64,000 nt of DNA, taken from contig NC_047023.1 in assembly GCF_902652985.1 (NCBI RefSeq), forward strand, positions 10,912,001-10,976,000, given 5' to 3'. Made by a program: the position numbers and the translations under genes. The notes beneath the pieces were generated by a model. The model searched no databases. It saw nothing but the letters and a program-made list of their open reading frames with translations, and was not told the DNA's origin. The DNA comes from Pecten maximus (lineage: Eukaryota). Below are positions 41,146 to 53,850 of the stretch, piece by piece; the stretch's first letter is position 1; every line of letters begins with the position of its first letter.

Positions 41146-44100
41146 TATAATCTTAAGTCCGTGTTCGCATGAAATAAAAGAAAGTCAGTTTCTTACTCCC
41201 TACATTTAATGCAAGTAAACATACAGGTAAATTCATCTGAAATAGACTATAAGACTTGAAACAGCATCCCTCTCCGTAAATGTATGAATCAACGAATTCA
41301 ATGTTAAAATATAATCCAAGATGAATAAGCTGACACGTATAATTTCTGGTAGGATATTATAGAAACAATGTACACATATTAAAACCGTTCCGTCGGTTTT
41401 TCATTATTCGAATTCAATTCCTAAATTTACAACAACCACAATAGCTATCGCACTAACTTCGTTTCGATCGCCCATCGTGCAAACATTTATTCTTTCGTGC
41501 ATACATAGTGCATACGCGTACGTCTTGTGCGCATCACACATTGTGTAACGTTATGCAATCCTTAAGCACAATACCATGGGGAACACGTGAGTGAGTTCTT
41601 CGATAGAGTTCATGTGAGACACAGACAAGCCGACTCGCTCCTTAGGATCGAATTTGTTGGATACTTGTCTAGACGACTATAAGTAGCGACATTTTACAAT
41701 GACCATGCTCGCATTCATACCATTTAGCTTGAGCTATTTTATATATGCTTCACGTTTTAATCAAAGACGAAATAACAGCGACCGTACACAACAATATTCG
41801 CCTTTTCTCAGATACTATAATGCAAATAACCTAAACCGGAACTGCTGAGTTACAATTACCATGATCATTTGCTAGACTTTAAAGAGATTTAAATGTAAAT
41901 AACCCTTGTAAGAAAAAAGTCCGTTCTTGTTCTATATAAGGAGTGTCTGATTGGAAACTCTCATTTGTTTTCCATTTCTAATAGCAGTAGTTCCAACCGT
42001 GAACAGTTAAGCTATCACGAAGTTTTGTTTTCCAGAACATATTGTAATCAAATATACTTTTTACGCAGTACATCCCTGTACATTGTATATATTCCGTCTG
42101 TTTTGTTATGTGATTGAATTTACGAGCCAAGACCGAGACAGCGTGTCTCTTTTGTACTAGACGGGTTCATTGGGTTCTAGACCAGGTTGATGGCTATATT
42201 ATAAGTTGATATTTCATAGTTTTTCAGCATCTCGACCAGGGTCTACAATTCTTTAGTATGACTAACTTGACAAAAACATGACGTAAATATTGCATGTAGC
42301 ACAAATTATAATTAAAATCCTCTCAAGAATGAAAATCATATTCGTTTTTGAATACATATTAAACAATCAACACAATTTCTATAAGTCTGAATTAAAGCTT
42401 GTATAGTTTTGAGAACTGAGCTGGGGAAATACTAAATACTTAATTTTCTCTGATATCAACCGAGTAGACAATGATGACCGACATGGTCTCCCATCACCTC
42501 GCGTGAAATTCAGTCTCGTAGGAACACTATGCTGCATATTAAGCACTACTAATAGTTGAAGTGGTACGTGGTGTAAGCTAGCGGTAAATTACCGGTTTAA
42601 TACAGAGCTGATTGTGTCAAGGACCTGTCGCCTGACCCTTGTAGGATTTCCCATAATCCATCCCTGATCAGTGCCCCTGACCATGTTCTGTGGGCAATGT
42701 CACACGCAATTAGCTATGCCTGTTCAATGTACTACATTTAAAGGCACGTTTAATATATTTCAGATGAGGTAAAGTTCTCAAGCATTAATATTCATTGAAA
42801 TATTTTCCGGATGGTGAAGTTGATTATGAATCCAAAACCATGAATATTTTTATTTTTATGAATCATCGCTAAGTCGTAATCTTCTGAATGTTTAATAAAC
42901 CTGATTTATGAAATGGGAATGTACATGTATTCAATACGTTTTAATCCTGTTATGTTAAATATTCGCCAATAGCTCATGTCCTTATACACATGTTTTGTTA
43001 TGTATATTACTCTCATTGCGGCTTCAGGCCAATGTCCTCTCGATTATCGTATTTTTGGTTTACGCTATGAAATACCACAACTGTAGAAAGTATAATACCC
43101 CCGTGTTTAATATAGTGTCTGTGCATTTCGTGGATGTTAAGACTCATATGGGATCCAGAAGCGAGTTATTTAAGCATTGAACTGCTTTCAGTTCACATCC
43201 ATGTGCTTATAATGCCAACTGGGCACACAAAGGCAAATTCAATGAAGGGTGATAGTGCTTCGTGTTAAATTTTCCTTCGGCCATAACTGCCAACTGAAAG
43301 CAGCTCGATGCTTATATTACCACTTGCAATTAAAAAAAGATAACTATTATAAATGGAATTAAAGTTTCCCCGCCATTCTCGGCTGTGAGCTTGTTTAACA
43401 GCTCTACTTTGTTGTAATAGTGCGTTAGATAATAGAAAATCAAACAAGAAAAATAAATATAATACACATATTTAATGAAAATTAACATAATGAGAATAAA
43501 AATAAAAAGTGTCCGCTTAACTTTTCAAAAGGAAAATGTATCTTTAATATATTTTCGCAACTGCGGATTGCTTTGCAAAGGACATTATTAATGCGCCAAG
43601 TGGCAGAGTATGAGAAGGCAATGCCCAACTACTCTTTGTAAGGTTATGTTGTAACAATGTCAAAGCATATATGTATAATATAACACGTTATTTGCGCACA
43701 TGCATGGCGATAAGAAAAATGGATCGGTATCAATATAAAAATCAGGATCAGTGGTTGTCATCTGCATGTGTCGTTATGATAACACGTTTGCATATACACC
43801 CTGATGTAAACTGTAGATAGTAAGATGTATCCTGACCTTGATAATGACCTTGTTTACTGTTTATTTTTTCATTTCCCATCCAATATAACACAGTTGTTTA
43901 CCGCTCCTTAATTTCACGACGGGACAAATAAAAATAGCGGAAATTGACAAGAACTGCTACAATGGTAATACAAAAGACACTGTCGGTGATGAATAATTTA
44001 AAGAGGTTGAAAGTTTAAATAATGGTCATACTATGTTGTTACGACTGGTATTACGGCGGTCAGAAGGTCAATGGACGAAAGATAATAACAATACATGTAA

Positions 44101-44864
44101 ATCTCAATATAAAGTGGTTTTGGAACACTCTGAAATATTAGATAAACCGAATAAGCTTTCATTATAAAGGTTTAAGGCAACTTCAAATTTAATATATATT
44201 TTTAAAGTTCGCATAAAACTAAAGCATCGGTGAGACAGGATTGATTCTGTTTCAACTTGTCACCCCATAGACGCGATAGGATACTAGTTTTCAACAAGAA
44301 AATAATGCTATTGGCAAAAGTGATAGTTCTAAGGGTTTTCTCGTAATAAAAATCTAAATCTGAGTAGTTTGTCAAAGTAAGAGATTGAGGGATATAGCAA
44401 GTTTCTGAATTTTTGAGATCAGGTTATTTCCTGATAATCATAATGAAGGGGCCCGACTATACAGCCGCCTTTGATTAACACAAATTGTTGAGGTAAAACA
44501 CTTATCGGGCCTGTATCTCTATGCTATTTCATATACATGTAGTTCGATTATGTTAAACAGTTCTTCAATCTAGTGTTTCTGCTACAAGCAACACCGAAAG
44601 TTTCATTCAATTATACAACAAAGAATATCAACATAAAAACAAAACCATAATTTCACCTCAAATTCGATAAAGCGAAAGCAAAATAAGACAAATATATGGA
44701 TCTGCATTGAGGCCTTGATAATGTACAACGATGCTATCTTCTTGTCACACAAATCCATACAAAATTGTTCATCTGGACACGTACAAAATAGTACCTGCTT
44801 TGTGAAATCCTGTTATCAATCGAGATCGAGAATATCCTGATATGACAGGACTCATTTTGGTTAA

Positions 44865-45217
44865 AGGGGCATTTCTTCGTTCGGACATCAGATACGTCAA
44901 AAAATGCTATTGACGAAATATATGCCTGAATGAGGATTATGTGAGTTTGTGTGCCTACCAGTAATGAAAGTAACGCCGAAATGTACAGAAAAATGACGTT
45001 TCGTACGCAAATGCCGTTTACTTTTGCGGTAATAAGTGATACTTCGGGTCGAATTAGGATTGTTTATGATTTAATACTTGCAGCACTTTTGTTACCTTGG
45101 GGGTAAAACTACCATATCAATTCAAAGATTATAAGTTTTACTACTTACTTAATACACATTTCCAATTCAGTTTTCATTTTGGTGACATACACTTTATTCA
45201 AACGAAGGAATGTCCCT
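44865..45217 (-). mobile_element. Kolobok-like MITE, copy 3 (inverted relative to copies 1 and 2)
   Basis: TTAA|AGGGGCATTTCTTCGTTCG ... CAAACGAAGGAATGTCCCT|TTAA, with an intact TTAA TSD on both sides. Confidence 0.85.
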
Positions 45218-46544
45218 TTAAGTCATTCTGCAGAATATATTGTATGTATATTTGCTGGATTACGTTCCATGTATGTATGTAAGGAACAATATATGAAGTC
45301 ATCAACTTTTGCGAACGTTTTATTGTGAATATGATTCACCAACGCATAATTAACTTTACAGACAAAAGAGCAAGTATAGAGACAACTAAAAGCTCCCCCA
45401 TTATACCATAACAGCTTATTAAAAGGACTTCAATGCCTTTGTAAGCGTTTGCCAACAAAAATGACTGAAAACATACGAGCAGGAAAAATCGAATATAAGT
45501 CGTCTATATTTCTATTGGCATTTTACATGTTAAGTTTTCAAATAAGTTCTGGATATGTGTCAATATCGATGGGTACAGTACATGTGATACCAATAAAGTA
45601 CATACATGCAGATGTATGTTCAATTCACAAAATCATTATAAAACAATTAGAAAAAATATCTTCAGAAGTGTCAGTGATATTCAAATCTGACTAATGTTTC
45701 AGATTGTGACCGGACTATTTCTTGACAGACATTGACGGATATCCCTACGCTAGACAGTTACTTTCTGCCAAGTGTAAGTCTGTCTGTCATGTTTATAAGA
45801 CCGATAACCATAAAACCTACTTCCACACGTCACTGAAACATTTCTGTTGGGTTAAAGTCGATATCCTATATGTAATGACATTAAAATTAAAATTTAAAAT
45901 TCATTAGTAGGCACACGGTTGTAAAAAAGGAGACAAAGGTCTTACTTTTCTGTCAGAAACAAGTACCAAGTATTAAAAATGCATTCAATTTCGCCGCTAC
46001 ACATGTACAGAGTGAAGCTATGAGACTGTTATGAATAGTCTTCAAAGCTTGGCTGGTTTTTACTGGGCTAATCATACGTCAGATCCCAGGATTCCTGCTT
46101 AAGTGGATTTCTGTCACATCTGCAGATATCTTAGCTTCATTAAAAAACATGACTCCCTATGAAGAAGGAGTCCTTGACTAATCTAGGCAATTTCCAGTTC
46201 AGCTCTCTCAAATATCAGGGAGATCAATTCAATCATGGTGATATTTTTTTCAATCGAATTGAAAAATACATAGTTTGAAACAATAGGAGCATTGATACAA
46301 TCAGCCGATTGTAGGGAATCTTCTGTGCAGTGCGTGGTATCACGATATATATTACGTCCTGAGCTCATGGTAACTGGCTGTTTGGTATTCAATGATTTAA
46401 GATATAGTTAAGCGAAACATATCTAATAAATATAAAAGTGGGGACAACAGTATTTTTTATGAATTATATCAATGGGATTGCAAACAATACAATAAAATTG
46501 GTCTTAGACCTTTTCTGATATATGACTTGACGTCTTGTTTAATG

Positions 46545-46812
46545 CAGATATGTAGTTTGGGAGAATGCGACTGGTTCGTCCGTTGCCAGTATGTGACTTG
46601 GTGGGGAGTCCTGCTGGGTGTCATCGGCAGCATGCTTTGTTGAAATAGGGCTATTAATTCGGCATCAGTTCATCACTAATCCAAAGAGACTAACATATAT
46701 ATACCGTAACCTCGTATACATACAATTCACACATGTATCTCGCATATAAGGAAGGCCATCTTTAAATGACACTAGCTACTGGTAGGACGTTTACCAATAT
46801 TAAACCAAATCA
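46545..46812 (+). mobile_element. 5'-truncated Meta-domain SINE
   Basis: GACTGGTTCGTCCGTTGCCAGTATGTGACTTGGTGGGG..GGCAGCATGCT (Meta-domain-like) and tail TTAAATGACACTAGCTACTGGTAGGACGTTTACC..AAACCAAATC. Confidence 0.65.
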
Positions 46813-47519
46813 CTGTTGTTTGTACGTGTGCAAGGAATTAAGAGATATTTTCATATCAAATCTCATTTGACGATTACAGGAAGATGGAAATAATGGTAAA
46901 ATCAGAGCAAGCGCAGATTGAAATGACGGCTCTTTATGCTTACAAAGTAGAACGAGTGTTTCAGGCGGCAAGCATCGATCACTCTTCAGAAATTGCAACT
47001 GCCATATACAAAATAGGTTAAAAGACCGTCACGTACTCAATTGAAAGCCATGGTAGTGATTAAGAAAGTAAAACGCGCATTAAAAAGCATTACAAAGTCG
47101 ACACTAAATGCAAATATAGAACAAATATAAACAACATGATGCCACTATAACGTGTATTACTACATCATTTGAAATACAAGTTTCCTCGGCTGCGTTTCAA
47201 AGCATATTTATTACAGAAATACTTATATTGATAAAAAAAAGTCCCTTCAATATAATCATTTTGGAAGTGCGTTTGTCTTGGTTTGGAGATCTTGAGAGTG
47301 ACTAACAAGAAATAAAACGGAAAATATTCCCAGAAACGAAACATTTCGTATCGAGATCAAGAGATTTCCTTAAAGCAGTGATAATTTTGTTTATTCTTTT
47401 AACTACAATTGAGTAAAATGTATATATTGTCCAATAAAAAGGTACATGCAGCCTCTATTGCATAATTGGTAAAGGGAACTCAATGGTACATGTATTTTCT
47501 CTTTTATTCAAAAATCGTG

Positions 47520-47620
47520 CTTTCTTCTCAATGTTTCCCTTAATATCGCCCGACACTTGGCCTTTAGTTTGGCGTTCGGCCCTGTGAAGAAGTTTTTAGA
47601 TTTTGTCCCCTTACCGAGAA
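47520..47620 (+). mobile_element. Degraded SINE-like repeat fragment (same family as 14330-14525)
   Basis: By-eye homology to the reverse complement of 14400-14480. Confidence 0.45.
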
Positions 47621-49889
47621 AAACTGCTGAACGATCAGCTCTAAAGCTGTTGGGTCGAAAGGACTGGTTCGTCTGTTCTCAGTTAATCGTGATCAGGTGG
47701 TTAAGAAGTGTTAGGCTCTCTTATCCAGATGCGACATTTTTGTGTCGTTTCCCAATTTTCATGGAACTGTACTTAAAGTGACTATATTGTGTCAGACGGA
47801 CCTTAAATAATACCAAATCCCGATTCAACGTTAAGACAATTCGGCAAATTACAGTCCCTCACGAGATGTGCTATATAGAATATAAATATATGTGTGTATC
47901 CAATTGCGTTCATACCACCGTAAACGGAATAAAAACAACGTTTAATCACTATATAGATAAATACTTCAACGAAACGCGTATACATGTATATATTATGACG
48001 TTGCTACTTTGAAAAAAAGTCAAGCATCAGTTCTGGAACGCTTTTCTGTTACGTTTGTATGAGTAGCGATTCCCTGAAGATAACAATATGTTATTTATTA
48101 AGAAAAACGGAAATTAAAACTTCATTATTATTACTTTACAACTATTTCGCCAATCTCAAACATCTTAATTATAAAAGACATAAATTGGCCTGCTAACTGG
48201 AGTGGTTTAAAAATATATTGATAAAATCGAAAGGAGAAATGCACCTTATGTTAATGATAATATTGACGCTTTTAATCAACAAGAATAAAATCAGCGGTTC
48301 TAGATAGTGTAAGCATATATATATACTGGCGTTAAACGAGGATTCCAAGACGATTCATCCAAATATAGGCGTAATGTAACACTCGATACATTCAATATAT
48401 TATTCTGCAATTCTACTTCTAATTGAGGTTTCTATTTTGGTCAGAATGTTGTGTTTTGGTCGTTAGTAGTCTACGATCTCTGAGCAATAATCATTCTTAT
48501 CTGATCAAATGAAAGATAGGTACGAGGTTCTAGAGAGAGTAAATAGAAACTAGTTTTTCTCCGTTGTGCCTAGGAGTATAGTCGTCGTTGTATTGGGGAA
48601 GGGGCTCTATAACGATATTAAGCGGTAGACTTTTCATCAATGAACATAGGAATGTTTGGTGGAGAGCTCCTCTGATTCTTTAAGCCAGGCATTACCTGTA
48701 AGACTATAGGATGTGTTAATGAGGTTTCCAATGTACTTTAAGTTCTAATTTACGCAGTGAGAATATTTGTATGAGCCAAAGTGTGATTAATAATAGCTTA
48801 GTTTACCATTATGAAAACTGCATGCTTGTTGTGTGTTGCTTTTGTTTAACAAGCAACACATTTAGTTTGGTTGTTGCCACTGTAAGGGGCAGCAACATGT
48901 CAAGGTTTTGTTCTGGCAGTGTGAAAGGGTACGGTAATTCGCGGACACTCACCTATGATAAAAAGACAATATAAATTTTATAGTTTTGATGTAGACCTGA
49001 GCGACATTTTCCGTGTGTATAACCATTTTGTTGTTGTTGTTGTTGTTGTTATTTTTTGGGGGGTTGTTTTGCCAAAAAATAGTCAAGGATCAAATTGTCT
49101 TTCTGGTTGTTGTCTGATGTTGTTTTGCATTATTTTATCAAATAAATCAAAACAAAACGAACAAAAAGCGACGATTTGGTGTTCTGTGTGTCAAACAAAC
49201 GAGGATATTTAAACAATGATACATAAATGGAATATACAAGGTGTAACAATGAAGAACGATGTGTATTTATTCATCAATATACTGATCAGAAGAATGAGGC
49301 GCAACATAAAAGTGCTATGTATGCATATATTCTGTGTATATGCTCAAGCTTTTGTCTATTTAAAGACCAGGTTTCCCCCTGTTTTGTTGTATATTGACGC
49401 TTGAAGTCGGACCAGGGTATTCACCTGCCCGTCTCCAAATTACGCCTTACTTATTGATTCTATCACAAAATGTAAGTTCAGTGGCCCCTTGTTGAAATCG
49501 ATAAAATATATGCTTATCTAACATCCTCATGGGAGATTTAGCTTTGCTAGTTCTATAAGTAGACATTTTTGACATTGTACATATAGTGTGTATCGAAATT
49601 TTCATGCTATGACCGGTTATGTTTTTTTAAAAATGACATCAAATAAAAAAAACTATACCCAGAAAGAAGAATTCAGGCCGTAAACTGCCCTGCCATCGTC
49701 CTGTCCCTCCTGTTCAACTGTCGTACGTCATTGAAGTAGACGTGAGAAAAACGGAAGTCATGCACACGCTCCTCCGGGGCATTTAAAATAGTTTCTAGTA
49801 CGCTAGTTTCCCACCGCCTTTCTAAACGAGAGTACAGGAGAGTTCCGATTCGAAAACGAGGCGACCGGTGTTGACATTAACGACGGCAA

Positions 49890-50500
49890 AACTGTTGACG
49901 CTGAGGCTGGGGTTGAATTGCAACTTCGTGACAACGATATCGAAAGTATATGCGTAAATTGAAAGTTCCCGACCTGAAAAATATATTGCGGTATTATCAA
50001 GAAAGTATTACCGGAAATAATAATATGCTTGTGTCCGTTCCATTGCTTTGAAATCCCGGTTAGAAAGCGCCTATGTCGGTGATAATATTATATTGACAGT
50101 TTAAGTTTTGACCTGTGGCTAAAGGTAAATCGTGGACAGACACGAAGGGTAAAGCGGGGATGACCTCTTCTTACGGACAGGAAGAAGATTGAGAATCAAA
50201 GGGGAAAATAGAGACCTTTACTAGAAATAACAACATGGATCTTTATAATCATTTCATTTCAAAACAACTTTCTAAGCAGTTAATTTAGTTAAATGAAGTT
50301 ATTTCTAAATAAACACCCCCGAGTGGTTAAATAGTTAAGACAACTGTTCATGGTTTGAATAGTAAATATATTCTGCTCATTGTCAAAATTACTACAGAGG
50401 GCTTTAATAATCAGGAGGTTATCAAAAGCCTGGTTGAAGATAAATTTCGGTGATTCATGACTTCATGTGTTGTACCGAGGCCCATTGCAATGACAAACTA
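49890..50500 (+). pseudogene. Remnant of the transposon's second gene: N-terminal SAP-like motif, possibly with the C-terminal end of a YqaJ-type exonuclease ORF
   Basis: 49953-50033 translates RKLKVPDLKNILRYYQESITGNNNMLV (SAP consensus kLkVxeLKxxLxxxxxxxsGxKxxLV). About 50400-50490 gives EVIKSLVEDKFR*FMTSCVVPRPI, weakly like the C-terminus of ISL2EU YqaJ proteins. The nuclease core is not visible. Confidence 0.5.
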
Positions 50501-51264
50501 TAGTGAAAATAATTTTTTAAATATTATATACAATTAATCAAATGTGTTATATTTTGAATTGTTAAACTACATATATGTTTATTAAAACGAGAAAAGAGTT
50601 TTTCATGTCAACACTAATACGATAACTTTTTTTATGTAAAACATTTTAATTACCCGTTACATTAAATTTTCCAAAGTTAGTATTGTATATTGTTCAATTA
50701 TAATGCACAGTGATTTATATTATTAGTTAATATTACCATAATTTCTTAAAATAATCTTGTAATTTTAAAATTTTACAATGACAAAAATTCAAAACGTGTT
50801 GTGGGCACCAATAAGATAATTACATAATTATACCCACATCTTTTAGTACATTTCTAGCTTTAGGTACTCTTAACCTTAATATTGTTTTCAAAGTGAGGTG
50901 CATGAATGACCAAAAACACCAATTAAAATTCGAAAGTTTTTATTTTCTCAGATGAGCAAACAAATAAAGTGTATGATCAAAATTTCGGAATTCAACATAG
51001 CTATTAGGAATGCCCTAATAATTTACCAACAATATATTATGTAACTAGAAAAATGCTTGGGAAACATATATCTGTACTCTCAGTACATTGTAAAATGTAC
51101 CATATATGCAAAATTCTGAAAGAACATCATCTTTATGGTTCATTTCATGTACATGAATGTTCATTGATAGTTACCTGTACAAACGAAACAGTATACACTA
51201 CAGGTAATGGAGAGTTACTTATTCTCTGTTATAAATATCATCTGTACCAGTACCTGGAGAACCA

Positions 51265-53306
51265 AAGGCGGTAAAAAAATTTGTTAAGTATGAAATGAAT
51301 ATAAATTTCTGGTTTGATACATGTTTCAGGCTTAAAGGTATAATACCATCAAGAATGTGAAAGTTCCCTTTCAACATGAATTCTTTCACAAGCTATTTTC
51401 ATTGTGTCCTCTACCTCCTTGGCTGTGAGCCGTTTCTTATTAAGTTTGAAAGGTCGAATGTTCAGAGTTACACCTTTGAGAAGAATATCTTGGATTTCAA
51501 ACCCTCAATCACACATAACATGATCACCCCATTCTAACAATGTTAGAGCACCACTTTCTTTTGTTATTTGTTTGTCTGACACTCTACCTCCCAACAAATC
51601 AGAAACAAATGTAATTACTCCATTTGGACTTATGCCAACAAGAACTTTGTATGTATTATGGTGCTTATAGGATCACCATGTCTGTGACATAAATTTCAGT
51701 ACAATCTAAGATAATTTGCGTTTAAGGATCATAAACAAAACTATCAGGCAGATTTTTTCTTACGAGCTCCAGTGATGGAAATGGAAACATCATTGGTAGA
51801 TCAAGATATAAAAAAATTATCCATGTAGTAAACATTTTAGAAAACTGAGACTGCGATATACCAAATTTATATGCAATGTCGCGAACAAAAAGTCCAACTT
51901 TCAGTCTACATGAATCTTAAAAAAATCCTTCCCCATTGAATGTTTTCTTGTTGGACGTTGTTTTTCATTTTGTCTAGCATCATTATTTGGACCAATGTTT
52001 TCACCTTTACCTCACCAATAACAGTTTTCTGCTTTTGGAGATAAGTATTTTAATATGCACTGAAACACAGAACAGTAAATAAATCCTGTATAAAAAAAGC
52101 CTTGCATTTGGGTCATTTTTATTTTTTTCAACGGAAAAACCATTCCCTATACATTATAGTATATTCATTCAATCGATCTTCCATATCATTTATTTGTGTT
52201 GACAGTTTTTCAATTTATATCTGTAGATTTTCAATTTCATTCTCGCCATCATCATCGGCATGAAAACTGTAAATGTGGTCAAGAATGTGGTCGCTAGAGT
52301 GGTTATGATCACAGACATTTATCACATCACCATCATCTGTCTGGCAGCCTATAGCTACATCACTAGTGTCAGGACCTGCTTGAATTCCAATTTCCTAAAA
52401 CAAAATAAATATTATTTGCATTAATTCATTACACATTTAATTTTCGTATCCTTAAAACTGAAAAAATCTAAACTCCATCTATACATTAGGTAAACTCCCT
52501 ACTGGAAATTTAGGAGGGATGAGGCACAGTGGTAGTGAGTGTGACTTGTAACCCGACCAGAGGACATAGGTTCAAACCCTAGACAGGGCAAGTCACTTCA
52601 CTTTTCATTGCTATGTGGTACTATAGTGCTGGGCATGTGAATGTGAAGTGCGTTATCGGCTGCTTGGTTGTATACTCCTCAGAGATATGAGAAATTTTCT
52701 ATTTGGTGCAAATGGACCAATGATCAGGTTAGAACTGGTCTAATGGTTGTGATAAATGGTATATAAAAGTTTACATTATTATTATTACTATCATTCAAGC
52801 TAGTTTAGATCTCTATGGATCCCTAATAAATGCTGCATTCTTTAACCAGTCCCCCACCCCCACCCGACACTTAAGTGCTACCTAAAACTGTAAAAAAAAA
52901 TCATCATGGTATTAAAAACTTACCACGTACTCCAAATACATGTACTTCAGAAACATCCAAATTCTCAGAATCATCGACAACCGATTCCAGTGGTAGTCTC
53001 ATTCATGGTTGTTGACCTCTTCAATAGACTTTTTCTAGGAGTACAGTTATCCATGAGAAGACTTTTGGTGCCTGGTCAGGTTTTACATAGTGTAATGTCC
53101 AGTTTTTACTTATAAGTCCAATGGAAATGTGCTCTATTCATATATTTATATATTTATCAAAGAATACGAGCACAGCTTTAATTTCCTGTGTTCCAAAACC
53201 TTTTTCAGTCTTTGAAAAAAATGTATCCTGTGCTAGTTCCATCTTTCTTGAAGGCAAAGTTGTCGCATCCATAAACAGAACACTGCTTCCCATTGGATTT
53301 CAGCAT
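51265..53306 (-). pseudogene. Spliced THAP + HTH_Tnp_4 + DDE_Tnp_4 transposase pseudogene (coding exons ~53306-52924 and 52394-~51265; 5' UTR exon ends at donor 54030)
   Basis: Exon 2: MLKSNGKQCSVYGCDN..I*IEH..VKPDQAPKVFSW (THAP C2CH and AVPTIF-like box). Exon 3: DHIY..FYTGF..RLKVGLFVRDIAYKFGISQSQFSKMFTTWI..IILDCTEIYV..SYKHHNTYKVLVGISPNGVITFVSDLLGGRVSDKQITKESG..GDHVMCD*GF..IACERIHVER..LTNF.PPLV. GT-AG introns at 54030-53309 and 52923-52395. Multiple stops and frameshifts. Confidence 0.92.
52513..52790 (+). mobile_element. tRNA-derived SINE (Nin/Deu-like body) inserted in transposase intron 2
   Basis: GGCACAGTGGTAG (A box), GGTTCAAACCC (B box, 52569-52579), body CGGCTGCTTGGTTGTATACTCCTCAGAGA and a (TTA)n tail. 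Confidence 0.75.
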
Positions 53307-53660
53307 ATCTGTGGATATGGATTATTGAAAATTATTTATGTATATGTTAATGCATAGATCTTAATATTTACACAGGTTTGACTGAGAAAAATGGAAACGA
53401 CCTAAATGTTTATCAATTGGCATTTTATAAAAATGTTACAATAAATAGTTAAAGTGGCCCGGGATACATCCAGTCCGGAAAACCATCGTTCTGTATAGCA
53501 GGGATATACATAGCGGAATTAGCAACTCTACTAATTTGGAGACTGACATAGGACGAGTTTTGTATTTGTGCACTGAGCCGTGAAGGTGTGATTACAACAA
53601 TATATCACTACAACTATACCAGCAATTAGGTAAATTGGATAATTTCATCAAAGGTCTGAT

Positions 53661-53850
53661 CAGGGCCTTTTCTTATGGCTTTTTTGTGGGCTGTTAATGG
53701 GCCCATTCCCAATTGAAATTATTTCATATTTAAGCCAAATTTCCAAAATTTTCAGTTCACTCCTGAAAAAATCTTTTCCAATTCACCAATTTTCTTTCCC
53801 AAAACGAGACAAAAAGGCCCTTTCCCAAACCAGTGAGAAAACATTACTGA
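53661..53850. mobile_element. Possible hAT-like MITE remnant in transposase intron 1
   Basis: Begins CAGGGCCTTTTC with repeated TTCCCAA subterminal motifs; the right TIR is degenerate and no TSD was found. Confidence 0.3.
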
